64,000 nucleotides of DNA. Source: Blastocystis sp. Blastoise (Eukaryota; Protista; Bigyra: Opalinata). Below, in pieces: positions 39,421-55,733 of this stretch. Within the stretch, counting starts at the first letter, position 1. Every line of letters begins with the position of its first letter. The position numbers and the translations under genes were made by a program. The stretch covers positions 310,001-374,000 of the forward strand of contig JBBPEB010000020.1 of the NCBI GenBank assembly GCA_039096225.1, given 5' to 3'. The notes below the pieces were generated by a model. The model was not told the DNA's origin. It ran no database searches and saw only the letters and a list, made by a program, of their open reading frames with translations.

Positions 39421-40537
39421 AAATAAAATTTGGAACATAATCTATAACATACTGAAAGAATATTATCGTAGCCTTAGCCATCATAGAATAAACGGTCCGT
39501 GAACTTGAGACACAAATGTCCAACTTCTATTGCCTTTATATATAAGATTTTGTTTACCTAAAGAATAAGTAAATAGTCAGATACATATGATAAGACATTT
39601 ATATGCATGCATCATTTCCTCTGGGTATATGAGGTACGTAAATACCTGGAGCTCTGGATCTTTTTTTTCCACATTAAAGCGTAGTACGTATGGGCGAAAT
39701 GAATTTAATATATCCAGCTGTATGAATACTATACATAAGGAATCACTTTTTTTTTCATCTATATATAATAATGAAATAAATAACGAAAGTGTAGAAACTA
39801 GTAGTTTCCACACCTCACTACTGCCACAATATGTTGAATAACAAGTTTTGTTCAATAACAAACATGGGACAAACCGAGAAATTTTGGCAGTTGTGATATA
39901 ACATGTTTTTTCTCTTTTTTAAAAAACAGGAACTACACTTTTCTTCATTTATCTTTATATTTCCTTTTATATTCATATGAGATATGTAATCCATATAACA
40001 TTAAAGTATCCTATTTTGTTATAATACTCACTGTTATAAGCGTTTTGTATTTTATTTGTTTCATAATTAACATCTGTTTTTCAGCATGTTGCCGAACACT
40101 TATAAAAAATAGTGAAATTTGTTAAATATAATAACTAAAACAAAGTCTATGTATTTATTTTTATTAAATATAAGTAATAAACAAATTATTAACAAATTAA
40201 AAAGTTATGTTTAATTTTGCTTTTTTTTTACAATTTCTTTATATATTTTTTTTTATATGTCTTTACAATTATTCTATTAATTAATGGATACTAAAATAAT
40301 TTTTGTATTTTTTATATATTAATAAACATTTTGAGATATATAATAATAAAGAAAAGAAAATTCAACTCAGCATTGCATTTTACAATTATATGAAAATGAT
40401 AATAACTGAATATGTTGTTTAAGATAATCTTTATAAAAAGGCTACTAAACTAATTTTAAAAAAAAAATATGTAACGAATTTATATAATATAACAAAACCA
40501 ATAATTTTAAAAAATATATATATACTTAAATATACAA

Positions 40538-40808
40538 TTAAAACTTACCATTTCTTCTTTGTATTTCATTACTAATAAACTTAATCAAACTTTGTTTTTG
40601 ATTTTTATTAACAAACAATCTACGTATATGACTTTCAATAGGTACGTCTTCTTGATTATATAAAGAAGAATTGCCAAACATAAATATTTTCATTTCATTT
40701 CTAAGTTTTTCGACAGTAGAATCCAATAACTTGTTTTGAAGAGCTTCTTCATTCAATTTAACTAAATCATCGAGACTAAGCCTATATATACTTCGTTTCA
40801 GTGCTTCC

Positions 40809-40851
<43 letters not shown>

Positions 40852-43455
40852 GTTAAAAATATTATAAATAAATATTATAAATAAATATTATAAATAAATA
40901 TTATAAATAAATATTATAAATAAATATTATAAATAAATAAATAAATAAATGAATAAATAATACATAAATAAATAAATAATACATAAATAAATAATAAATA
41001 AATAATAAATAATAAATAATAAATAATATAATCAATATTAAATAAAATGAATAAATAAAATAAATAAATATATTAATAAATATTATAATAAATATTATAA
41101 TAAATATAATAATAAATATAATAATAAATAAAATAAATAAATAAATATAATAATAAATAGAATAAATAAATAAATATAATAAATAGTAAATAAATAAATA
41201 AATAAATATAATCAATATATTAATAAATATAATAATAGATAAAAAGATAAATATAATATAATCAATATAAAATAAATAAATAAATATAATCAATATAAAA
41301 TAAATAAATATATATATATTAAATAAATAAATAAATATATATATATATTAAATAAATAAGTAAATAAGTAAATATATATTAAATAAATAAAATAATAAAT
41401 AAAATAATAAATATAATAATAAATATAATAATAAATATAATAATAAGTAAAATAAATAAATAATTAATTAATTAAAAAATATAAATAAATAAAATCAATA
41501 TAATAAATAAATAAATAAATAAATAAATATTAAATTAATAAATATAAATTAATAAATAAATATAATAAATAAATAAATTAAATAAGTAAATAAATATAAT
41601 AAATATAATAAATAAATAAATAAATAAAACAAATAAATATATAAATATATAAACAAGTAAATAATAAATATTAAACAAATAAATAATAAATATTTAATAA
41701 ATAAATAAATAAATATTAAATAAATAAATAAATATTAAATAAACTAATAAATAATTATTAAATAAATTAATAAATAAATATTAAATAAACTAATAAATAA
41801 ATATTAAATAAATTAATTAATACATATTAAATAAAATAATTAATAAATAAAAAATAAATATAATAAATAAGAAACAAATAAATATATAAATTAATAAATA
41901 AATGAATAAATAAATTATTAATTAGTAAATAAATCAATATAAACAGTAATAATGATAAGTAAAATAATAATAATAATAATACCAAAAATAAATATATACA
42001 TTTCTTTTATCATTTGTTGTTGATTCTATTACTCCTTCTTCTTGTTCGTATTTTAGTATCTTTGAAAAATTTTCTTTCATTATATTAGATAGTTCTGAAT
42101 TTCCCAGTGTACCATTTGTGATGGATTTATCGATAATATCTTGACATGTTGGAACTATAAGGATAAAAGGTATATATAATTTATTAAATACAAAATATAA
42201 TTTATAGAAAAAAAAAATTTAGTTAAATAATATTTTCTAATAATAATAATACTTAATTTAATACAAAATATATAGAATAAATATAACTATTTAATATTAA
42301 CATTATTTAACTTGAATTAAAGAAATATATAACATTACTGTTCAAATTTATATAAATATTATTTTATGAAAGATATATATTATACAAAATATAATTATTA
42401 TATTATCAAATAATTAATTAAAAAAATATTTTCTTCATATATAAAAGATAATTATAAAAGGGGATAAATTATTATTATAAATGTAAACATTATAAAAAAT
42501 GCTGGCTTAAAAAATATTAAAAATTAAATATATTCAATGTCTTCCCTGACTTTTGTGACAATTGCCATGACAATAGCTGACTGTCACTTTCAGCCAGACT
42601 TAAATTGACTTAGTCATAAAAATATAAAATTACACTGTCAAAAATAAATATTTTGTCAGAAAATTTTGTGACAATTGCCACGTGGCAATTTCGTCCAGTG
42701 ACAGGGAAGACACTGAATATATTAATCAACAAATAATATTTTACAATAACATTCAATACTAAATTGATAATAGAAAAATATTTTTATCAGAATTATAATA
42801 AAATATAAATAATAAAAAATGAATCAAATTAATATAAATATTTTAAAAGATATATGTAATTTATTTCAATATAGTATAAAATGTTTTACTCATAAAAGAA
42901 ATCTTATAAATAGGGTTATAATAAAATAAAATAAAATATATGGAATATATATAAAAAAGTTGCTATAAATATAATTATATATATACAATCAGTTCTATCA
43001 ACATTGTATCCTTTACAGCATAATTGAAATGACATCTCATTTGATATACAATTTGAAACATATATTGCAAAGAAATATGAACATTTTGATTTATCACTTT
43101 TTTTGTTGATAATACTTGAACGATTTTGATCAACTTGATTATTTTCTGTTGATATAATTTCTTTATTTCGTTCTTCACTAATTGGAGTTATATTTGATTC
43201 TAAACTAGTCGACTGTTTATCTATAAGACTCTTTTTGTTTTTCTTTAAATTTTTTCTGTTTGATTTTGCTTTTTTTTTCTTTTTTCTATTTATGGATATT
43301 TTATATAGAAATATAGATATATACTGAGTTTTTCTAACTGTTATTGATTCATCTTCAGAACTTGAAACATCATGAATAAGTATTTCCTTTCTTTTCAACC
43401 CACTTGGAAGAATACATGTATCATCTGAGTCAAAAGATTCTGTGCTTGAAGACAT
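40538..43455 (-). CDS. Spliced gene divergent from the CACTA transposase (possible TnpA-like accessory protein)
   Basis: Acidic/basic N-terminus MSSSTESFDSDD...KKKKK. Further exons at ~42000-42156 and 40538-40807. Long T-rich introns. Function inferred from position only. Confidence 0.5.
42535..42715 (+). mobile_element. hAT MITE, 181 bp
   Basis: TIRs CAATGTCTTCCCTG / CAGGGAAGACACTG. 8-bp TSD AATATATT on both sides. Confidence 0.93.
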
Positions 43456-43719
43456 TACTTAAGAAATGAAACTAGTAAAGTGATTAACAATTAATATTCT
43501 TACAAAGATATATATTTAACAAGATAATAAAAATGTTTTTAAAAAGTATACAGTTCGATTATTATTATACTGACGTCACCAATTTTCTCATAGGTCAGAA
43601 TATGAAAAATAGCCAATCAAATAAAATATGACAACTCCAATAGGTTTTTCACTAAAAGTTTATTAGTTATATAAATGGATCTTGAGTTATAGGTAATAAT
43701 TTATTCTTTAAATATATCC
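43456..43719. promoter_or_regulatory. Candidate bidirectional promoter
   Basis: 264-bp gap between divergent ATGs, containing TGACGTCA (43571) and three CCAAT boxes (~43579, 43613, 43638). Confidence 0.4.
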
Positions 43720-46599
43720 ATGCCAAAGAAAAAAAAGATAAAAGTTGAATCATTTACAGTTGATGTTTCGGAATCCAACAATACTTCAGAAGAACAGTCA
43801 CTTTTTTTACAAGAAGAATGTATATGTGTTGATATATTTAATACAATAAATGAATCCATAACAAATACGCATCATACTCAATTATTTGATACTGAAATAA
43901 AGTCTTTCAATGTAATATATAATATTTATTTTCATAATTATATAGATAAATTCATTATTACAAATAATATATGAAGATCTCAAAACACCTTTAATTTCTT
44001 CAGTCAACTTAATTAAGAATAATGAAGATATGTTTTTAATATGGTTACTATATATTAAATCAAAAAAAAGAATCTCCATAGAAACACTATCCTATATATA
44101 TAAAGCCCATATTCTTGGAATAAAGAATTTTAGTCAAGAATCATTTGATGAAAAACAAAAATCATATGAATTTAATATACGTAAAGTCATATACAAAACA
44201 CGTATGATATTGCAAAAGTTATTTGGATACACAATAAAAGTTATTTATAATACAAAAAATAATTCTATATTAAATTGTATTAGATATTATTCTGCAAATA
44301 ATGATATTGATATACGTCAGTGTAATAAATATAGTAATGGAAAATCAAGTTACATTTGTGTAAAAAGCATTATATTATATATAAAAAGTTTCTTCCAAAT
44401 AAATGGCTTACTTAAGAAATTAATATTTTGCAAAAATGAAGATATTAATCAAAGTGTAATACATCCAAAAAAATATCAAGAATCATTCTTTCAAGGATCA
44501 ACTTTCAGAAATTATTCTTCAAAAATACATGAATATGATTTTCTATTTTCATTTATGATGACAACAGATGGTGTAAATTTTGTAGACTTTGGTTATCATA
44601 ATAATGCTTCACAACTTTATCCAGTAATTCTTCAGTGTCTTAATTATTATTCAGAAAATAATAACAGTAATGAGCAACTTCATCTTTATTGTCTCTCTTC
44701 TCATCAATGCTTGAAAATTGGATTAAAATGTCTTATAGATGAATTTATTGAACTATATAATGGTATAGATATTCAATATATTGAAAATGATGTAGTTAAG
44801 TCATATAGAGTAAAAGCTATTCTTTGTGGTGTCGCAGGATATAATCCTGCATTATCAGAACTATTTGGATTTGTTGGTCATAATTGCTTATTATCATGTC
44901 CATTCTGTTTAGTTAATAGAAAAAAGAATCTTCTTATATATCATCATGTTTGGGTCTGTTATCAACTACTCATCTTCTCCATTTTATTAATGTAAAGAAT
45001 GATATACCTGTAATCGTAAATAATTGTCAAATTGAAGATTACATTCCTCGTGAAATGATACTATGTAGTTATGAAATTCAAGATGTAGAAAAGAGAAACA
45101 ATTTATCAATAGAAAAGGATAGAAAAACATGTATTCAAAACAATATAGCATATGAGAATGGTGTTTATCCAACTCACTTTCTTCAATATCAGCTTCTTCC
45201 ATATTTTTCAATAATAGATTCTTATATGATTGATCCATTCCATACAATTGGAAATGTAGTTAAACGAATTATTGAAATACTTATAAATGCTCCTCCAATT
45301 GAAAAGTTGATTAATAATAATAAAGGATGTATTAATTCATCATTATTAGATGATAATAATAATTATCCATTTCAGCTTGATATTGATACATTGACTATAA
45401 TACGAAAAGATCTTAAAGAAATGATATATATCTCTGGTAATGGAAAACATCATTTTACTGTAGATTGTCTTGATTATGATGTATTTAAACAATTAAATAT
45501 TATTGATAAAATTTACTTTTTCCTTTTTGTATTCACACCATTGTTGGTTCAAATTGAACCACAAGAATGTTCAATGATATCAGGAATAATGATGTTACGA
45601 GAATCAATTTATTACATAATGTATGGTTATAGGAATAATGAATGCACAAATGAATACAATATTGAAAGAAGATTGGCTGAATCAATATACTATATTAGTA
45701 TCTGTTTACCTTCTTTTCTTGTAACTCCTCATATGCACTTATTAATCCATATAAGTGATCAAATTAAAAAATTTGGGTCTTTCCAGATATCAATGTGTAT
45801 GAGATATGAGAGAAGATATAGAGACTTGAAACTTGCATCAAAGAATAAAAAAGAGCCTATTGTTTCAAGTTTTCTTGATATTTCTGATCAGAGTAGTTGT
45901 TCATACATTTTATCTACAATAAATATATCCGATAAATGGTGGATCAATGATTTGAATACTAATACTGATGGTAATAATAAAAAAACTAAAGAAAACATAT
46001 TAAAAATCGAGTTTAAAATTGAATATTCAAAATCTATTAATGCTTTCATAAAGAATGTATTACAAAGAAATATGAATGACTCATATTTACAAAATGAACT
46101 TCTTGATATATGTCATCATAAATCTTCATATTCTGATTTCTTTAATTATCTAGTTGAAAAAAATATAATTAAAACTATGAAGTCATATAAAGTGAAAAAT
46201 GTAGTTTTCAATATAAATAATCAATCCAATAATAAATTTTTTATGTTTAAAAATAAATATTACAATTTCTATAGATTTGGAAAAATTATTAGCATATTTA
46301 AATATGTAAACAAATATTTCTGTTTTGCTTTTATTTATATGTGTACTAAACATACAATATCTAGTATTTATTTAGATAGTATACAAGAAACCAGGATAGA
46401 TCTTGTAGCATTTGATAATATATTACCGAATAATATTCTACATTATGGAAGAACATATCAATTATTAGATAAACGAAATAATGAAGCTCAAAATATATAT
46501 AACAAAAAATACTCACATTTTGGAAGGAAACGTAAATGTCCTGAAGAAGAGTTAAATTATGGATATGTTGATGTATTTGTTTGTTTACCTAGTAATTAG
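43720..46599 (+). pseudogene. CACTA/En-Spm (TnpD/Tnp2-type) transposase, one frameshift and a probable catalytic substitution
   Basis: MTTDGV, LYPVIL.CLN, VAGYNPA...GHN....CPFC, IDPFHTIGNV, TPHMHLLIH.SDQIKKFG......MRYER. Intron 43912-43945. Frameshift in the A6 run 44920-44925. Confidence 0.88.
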
Positions 46600-48289
46600 T
46601 ATATATATTAATCATTATTGGTTTTAGTCTTATTATCATTATTATATTTATTTTTTTTTCCTTTCTTTCTTTATTTATTTCTTTATTATATTCATTCATT
46701 TATTAATTAATTAATTAATTAATTAATTAATTAATTTATATTTATTTGTTTATTATTATTTTATTTATTATATTTATTATATTATATTTATATTTATTAT
46801 ATTTATTATATTTATTATATTTATTATATTTATTTATATTTAGATTTATTTATTATATTTTTAGTTATTTTATATTTATTAATTTATTTATTATATTTTT
46901 AGTTATTTTATATTTATTAATTTATTTATTATATTTTTAGTTTTTTTATATTTATTAATTTATTTAATATATTTATTAATTTATTTATTATATTTATTTA
47001 TTATATTTATTTATATTTATATTTATATTTATTTATTTATTATATTTATTAATTTATTTATTATATTTATTTATTAATTTATTTATTAATTTATTTATTA
47101 ATTTATTTATTATATTTATTTATATTTATATTTATTAATTTATTATATTTATTATATTTATTTGTTTATTAATTTATTAATATATTAATTTATTATATTT
47201 ATTTATTATATTAATTGATTTATTTATTATATTTATTATATTTATATTTATTTATTTATTTATTATATTTATTTATTATATTAATTAATTTATTCTATTT
47301 ATTTTTTTATTTATTAGATTTATTTTTTTATTATTTAAATTATTATATTTATTTATTAATTATTTATTTTTCATTTGCTATGTATTTCTTACATTTATAT
47401 TTATTTATTTATTATATTTATTAATTATTTTTATTTATTTATAAATTATTATTATTATATTTATTTATTATATTTATTATATTTATTATATTTATTATAT
47501 TTATTAATTTATTATATTTATTATATTTATTAATGATATTTATTTATTTATTTATTTATTATATTTATTAATGATATTCATTTATTTATTAATGATATTT
47601 ATTTATTTATTATATTTATGTGCTTATTATATTTATTAATGATATTCATTTATTTATTATATTTATTATATTCATTATATTTCTTATTATAGGTTTAATT
47701 AGTTGCAGTATTTTCAATAATTTTGTGATTATACCAATTATTATTGTATGAAATCTCTGTGTTATTCTTGTGATCCTATTATTTATGTATATATATTTTT
47801 TATCATATAAATATTGTTTATATATATTTTTAAATTGTTAATTATTTTAGTCTTTAAGGTATCTACTGTAATTATGACTTGCTATAATAAATAAAGTACA
47901 ATGCTCCTCAAATTATATAGAATATAACTATAGTTACATTTAGAAATCTTTAGATTTGATCCTGTTATTGATGTAATTCAATATTTTTTTGTAAAATATA
48001 TCTATTTCTATTTATATGTATTTATGACTAATTTTTCTATTTGTTTAGCTGAAACTACAATAAAGAGCTATTTATTATTATCAGTCTTATTTGTTAACAT
48101 TTTATATATGTCATGATATCCTTCCATAATTTTTTATATATTATCTTATTAAATAAAAGTGATTAATGAGAATTTCTTTTATATCAATTAAATTGCATAT
48201 TCTTTTTCATATATTTCCTAAATTTATAATATTAGCATTTTTTCTTTTTTAATTTCTTTCTGTATAAAGTAATTATTTAATAATATAAA

Positions 48290-48470
48290 CAATGTCTTCC
48301 CTGACTTTTGTGACAATTGCCATGACAATAGCTGACTGTCACTTTCAGCCAGACTTAAATTGACTTAGTCATAAAAATATAAAATTACACTGTCAAAAAT
48401 AAATATTTTGTCACAAATTTTGGTGACAATTGCCACGTGGCAATTTCGTCCAGTGACAGGGAAGACACTG
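48290..48470 (+). mobile_element. hAT MITE, 181 bp, near-identical second copy
   Basis: Same TIRs. Its own 8-bp TSD AATATAAA. Confidence 0.93.
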
Positions 48471-49299
48471 AATATAAAATATATACTGATTTTTTTTCCA
48501 ACTATTTTTATTTCTCTTTTTGTTATTTATAATAGCTTTTTCATATTTTATTTTATGATATATTTCACAGTAATAATTTGTATATTCTTTTTTTTATTTT
48601 TTTGTTATGATATAATTTGCATTTTTTATATATACTTTTAGTTTCTTTTTATTTAATAATATTTGTTGCATGATTTTTTGATATCATTACTATTATAAAG
48701 CAAATAGGCAAAAAAATTCCCATTGGTCAGTTTTTGGAAAAACCATTTGATTGGCTACTATATACTATAGTTTGTACCCACAACTCCTCTAAACTTATGG
48801 GGAGTTAACTTTTGGTTGAAACACAGTTCAATACGATATAACGTGTAGTTGTGCACCGTATATTTGGTTAAGCGATATTATTAATAATTAAAAAGTTATT
48901 AATAAAAAAACAGAAAACATGATTTTTGAGTCGTTTTTGATTGGTTCTTTGGGATGACCCCGATAAAAATTGTTGACCAGACAATTGGAAAATAAACATG
49001 GGGTAAACTTGATTTTTTCTCAATCCCACAATATACGTTATCCGTGTTTATTCTTTATATTCATCTATTTTTTAATACTTTTTCATATTGAACACGTGAG
49101 GCCTTAACAGTCAAATTTAGATTCTCAATTTGACATCATATTCTGATTCAGGAGGTCTAAAAACCTAGGTGTACCAATTTTGAGCTCCTGAGGACGATTT
49201 TTGAGTGATCGATATTTTCATCGATCTTCTTATAATTGACTAATATTGTATCATAGTAATCAATAGGTCCTCAAACTACTATAGTTAAAACAAAGTCTT

Positions 49300-50650
49300 A
49301 AAATAATGAGTTTGAGTATGACAATTTTGAAAAATGTGAATTAAGTGGTCTTAGAGTAAGAGATTCAATATAATGACTTTTATTTAATAAACTAGAGATA
49401 ATACTCTATACTATGTCAAAAGGAGATTAAAAATTATGAAGGTCAAAGTGTATGACCAAATGACAAAATGTGTCTTAAAAAGTAAAAGGGTTTCTATATG
49501 TGTTCAAAGTGTTGAATCACGTCTATTCTTTGAATAAGAGCTTTAAATAAATAGTTTAAGGTTGTCAAATTCAAAAGAATGTATAAAACATAGTCTTAAA
49601 CTTTGAATAAAAAATTTAGAGATATTAATCAGTGTACAGCTGTAGTAGCTCTACAACATATCAAAAGTATAAAGAAAATAATTTTTCGAGAGTGGATGTG
49701 TGAAGTGTTGTGACTATTACTTAAAATTTATTTTTACTTCAGTTTGAGCAAAATCGTGAATTTCGTGCACTGTAGAAAAATTGAGTCAAAAAATTAACTC
49801 TAAGGGTCTTAAATTTAAAAAAATGTAAAAATGACTGACTTAGAGGACGAGATTCAAAATAAGAGTGTTTATTCATTAAACTAGGGTGTATGATCTATAT
49901 TATGTTTAAAGGAGGGACGAAAATATGTTGATTAAAGTGTATGACCAAATGGTAAAGTGTCTTTAAAAAGTCTAAAGTGATGACTAATGTGTTCATATTG
50001 TCATATAAAGTCTACTAAGTAAATATTAGCTTTTAAAAATATGTTTAAGCCTTTCAATTAGTAAAAATATGTTCAAAGAGAGTCATAAAATGAGAATTTT
50101 AAGAAACGAGATATTGTTCAGTATACACTAAGAGACACTCTACAACATATCAAAAATATAGCAAAAACTATTTTTAGAGAGTGGATGTGTGAAGGGTTGT
50201 GTGAGTTATTGAAAAAATATTTTTCACTCAGTTTATCCAAAATTGTGTTTTTGGAACACTGTAGAAAAGTTGATTTAAAAAATCAACTCTAAGGGTCTTA
50301 ATTTTGAAAAATGTAAAAATGATTGACTTAGAGGACGAGATTCAAAATTCCCCCCTCACTTTCATATAACTAGACCACACACTCTATATTATATCAAAAG
50401 AAGGGACGAAAATATTTTGGTCGAAGTAAATGAGCAAATGCAAAAGGTTTATAAAATGTCTTAAAGTGATGACCAATGTGTAGCTAACGCTATACTGAGT
50501 ATAGTGTGTAAATATTAACTCTTACAAATGAGTTTAAGTGTCTTAACCTTTCATAATGTGTCAAAAAGGGTCTTTAAGAAAGAGATTCAAAACATTTACT
50601 TTTATTCAATAAATAGTGTGATTAACTCTATACTATATCAAAAGACTGAC
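49300..50650. repeat. Diverged tandem repeat of ~490 bp (about 2.5-3 units) in a transposon arm
   Basis: AACTCTAAGGGTCTTAA..AAAAATGTAAAAATGA.TGACTTAGAGGACGAGATTCAAAAT at ~49796 and ~50285, with a weaker copy at ~49320. GAGAGTGGATGTGTGAAG at 49688 and 50177. Confidence 0.8.
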
Positions 50651-51211
50651 GGAAACTGTTTTGATACAGTGGATCTTGAATGTTGGGCAGCAAATATTCT
50701 GCTAATTCATTTTGTCGGTTCTGGCTATATTTTTAAACCAGAAAAATAACGATTATTTTTCCCACAATTTATTCGTTCAATTTATGATTATTTGAATATT
50801 TTAGTAGGAAAATATAAGTCAAAAATCAATAGCAGAAAGTATATTTTGAGTTGTTTTGAGTTTACTATAAAGAATCAGATTAAATTAAACATTTTTTATT
50901 AAATTAAAAACTCTCAAGTATATGTAAAAACCATAAAATATATATATATAAGTATTATTAAGGAGATAATTTAAAAAATGTGAATAATATAGTGAAATAA
51001 TGATTTATAAGAGGAAAATAGTTTAATATTTACGGTAATTTCATAGAACACCTTTAAGTTACACCTTACTTATTTATACTATTTATTATTGATTTATAAC
51101 TAATTTCAATATTAATTGTTTAAGTATACAATAGAGATAGTCAGAGAGTGGTTAGGATATATTATAATAAGATTTTAAAACAATTTTTTAGAAGATTCAA
51201 AAATTATAGCA

Positions 51212-51637
51212 ATGGAAGAAACTAGGATACAAAATAATGAAAGTACGGTTGATGGAGGCTATGATAAGGGTATGTAATGAGTCATAAGTTACTTATAACG
51301 TGTTTAGCTATTTTAAGTATAATGATTTCTCCTCCAAGAGCTCTTCCAATAGTCCGTGGTCCTCCACCAAGGTTCGTGATGCCTGGTATAATTCATATTT
51401 CATTCTTTTAATTTTAATTTAAATAGATCAAACAGATTCTGAAGTTCAAACAGCTTCACAAGTTTCAAAACCATCCTGTAATCGTGGGAAACCTGGTCGT
51501 CCACCAAAAAAGAAAAGAGGTCCAAAACCAAATCAATTAAGTAAATAATTTCGTTTATTTTTTTCTATTCGATTTTAGAAACATCAAAAATAACCGTAAA
51601 TGAGAGAATAGAAAATAAAGCAAAAACAACAACGTAA
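51212..51637 (+). CDS. Small 4-exon basic, Pro-rich protein (~102 aa) with an AT-hook-like motif
   Basis: Splices through three GT-AG introns without a stop: MEETRIQ...SPPRALPIVRGPPPR...RGKPGRPPKKKRGPKP...KTTT, TAA. Absent from the ORF track. Confidence 0.6.
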
Positions 51638-51806
51638 CTAATATTCTAAATAATTTTTAAATAAAAAATATATAGATACAAAAACATCTAAAAAAATCGA
51701 TGCTTCATTTCGGAAAGAACTTCTGAAACGGCAATATAAAAATAAACCAAATTTAATTATATATTATAATTTACTATATATATTTTTTTCATATACAATT
51801 TTTTTA

Positions 51807-52312
51807 TTATAAACCCATTGTATTTCTTTTTAATATGTCGCTTTTGGTTTTACTATTAGAATTTAACGCGATAATCATTTCATTAAATTCTGTAGTATCT
51901 GATATAGATAATCTTTTGTTATTTAGGTATTGTTTATATACTGAAAAAGATCTTTCCACATATGAAGAGCTAGAAGAATAATGAAGATATGTAATAGCAA
52001 TATTATACACTGACGGGATTTGTTCTTTAATACTTCGATAGAATAATAAATAATCTTTTTTAGTAATCAATTGACATATAGAATTTGATGGATTCGAAGT
52101 AGTATATAATTTGCATTGAGTAATAAAGGCCTCTATATCATCATTTGAAACTCGTTTAAAAATCTTATTTTTCTTAAAGCAATAACTTGATAATTGTGCA
52201 GTAGCGTAAGGATTCAAGACTTTTGTAAATCTAAAGAGATCATAACTGTTTTTATGAACACCTTCCTTATTAAAACAATGTTCTTTTAGAACGTTAATGA
52301 CATTCTCTAATC
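51807..52312 (-). pseudogene. hAT transposase last exon (dimerisation domain)
   Basis: KVLNP...IPSVYNIAITYLHYSSSSSYVERSFSVYKQYLNNKRLSI. Upstream exons are missing. Confidence 0.82.
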
Positions 52313-52361
52313 CTATATATAAATAATTAAAGTTATAAAACATAATAAGTTTATGATATGA

Positions 52362-52472
<111 letters not shown>

Positions 52473-52482
52473 GATATATCTT

Positions 52483-52550
<68 letters not shown>

Positions 52551-52679
52551 CTTATATATAAAAGGGATAAGTAAGCACGAAATTGTACTGATATAAATGG
52601 ACCGATTACTTTTTTGTGTTACACATCTGTGTTACACTTACAAAAGATTCAGAATCTATATCAAAAACGTATTCTGACA

Positions 52680-54130
52680 CGCTTTTAAAATTTTCAGAAA
52701 TTCCACGTCTAAGGGCCTAAAACGGTCCCACAAAGAAGTGACTTAACCGACTTGGCCACTAAAATGCAATAAAATTCAAAATTTGAGTTTTTATCCAATA
52801 AACATATTTCGTACATAAAATTCCTATTTATTTTTCATTTTCTCAGAAATTTCTTCATTTTTTACATTTTTCTACTTAAAAATTTCTTTTTATATTTTTT
52901 CTTTAAATAATTTTTATATATTTTTTTTTACTTTTATTTTTCTTTATGATGTACTTTATATTTGTTATTAATTATCAATATATTTTATTTTAAATACATA
53001 ACATTTTTCGCCACACCTATAAACTATTTCTAAACTTTAAAAAGACAATTAGACAAGAATCCTTTGCTCTAAGTGACTTTAATTGATTAAAATTAACTTA
53101 TATACATAAAATAACCTAAATAATGATAATATATGAAGCTTTCAAAAAATTTGATCCACAAAGTTTTGAGATATCGGACACATTCTCTTTTGATCATTTT
53201 AAATTTTAATGAAAACTATCTGGATAAACATGACAACTCATAAAACCATCCTAAAAGTTATTAAAACCTGTTTTTGACATGTTGAAAAATTGACACAAAA
53301 CTTCAATTGCGTGTTCTGTCAACAATTTTTATTTTATTAAGTTTTAAACATTACAGAGTATATCATAGATGTTTATATTTATAAACTATTTGAACACATT
53401 TTTAAAATAAAAAGGTCGAAGAGATATCGAAATCTTTTCACTCTTAATAAAAACCTTTGTACTTAATATTCGTAATATAGACAAAAATCGCCACTTATTG
53501 AACCATTCAAGTCATTTTAAAGACGAGAATGAGTGGATATCTGTTTGGTTGACCCCTACAGAATCAAATTTTGACTACATATATGAATACAGTGACCGTG
53601 ACAATACACAAATATGTCATTATTGCATATTTATGACAACAAAGTTGGTGTATCGGCTGATTTTGACCTCTTTAATTTCGACTTTTGACTTTATATTTGG
53701 TATAAGGATGCCTTATATGTTACATTATGATATTTTATATCTTTAAAGTCTTTTTAGAAAAGGTCAAAAAACGTTAATTGCGACTTTGTACCAAAAAAAG
53801 TCGTTCTAACTCACTTTTTAAAAGTCATATTAATAGATAATATAATATTACATATATATATAAAGTCAAAATATAAAATATCGTTGAATCTCGGGTTCAA
53901 AAATGAAAAACAAATTTTGATTTTTTTCAAAAATTTTATTTTTATTGTTTTAACTAAGGTCAATTTCCACCATCATTTTTCTATTAATAAAGTAATTTAT
54001 TTTATAATATATAATATATTGTTTTCTGATTGAAAAATAAAAAAAATTAATTTTTAAAAATAAAAATTGACTGAGAAATAAAATTTCAAAGTGATATGTC
54101 TCTCAAAAAAAAAATATTTTTTTAATACAG
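52680..54130 (-). repeat. Right arm of the ~1.5-kb inverted repeat
   Basis: Reverse complement of 37893-39420 with scattered substitutions. No shared TSD found. Confidence 0.88.
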
Positions 54131-54317
54131 TTCTACAATTAACTCGTTTTTTTCAAAATTATGACTCGTTTTTGGTTATTTTAAGGTTTTTTATTTTTTG
54201 CTAATAAACCACAACTTAAACAAAAGAATTAAAAAAGATGTTTAAATCGATAGACAATAACGATAGGTAAGACTTGGCAACAATAAATTAAAAAGATATT
54301 GTCACATTTTATTTAGG

Positions 54318-55706
<1,389 letters not shown>

Positions 55707-55733
55707 GTATGGCTTGACTTATTATTATTATTA

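Noticed and set aside
39577-39861. Overlapping 94-aa and 84-aa ORFs
   Set aside because: No recognisable motif or splice structure, so I cannot support either as a gene.
42535-48470. Composite transposon formed by two MITEs flanking the CACTA transposase
   Set aside because: Each MITE has its own distinct 8-bp TSD, so they inserted independently.
54139-54160. TTAA|CTCG as the piggyBac 5' end
   Set aside because: The position is plausible, but TTAA is ubiquitous here and the partner end is not in the window.
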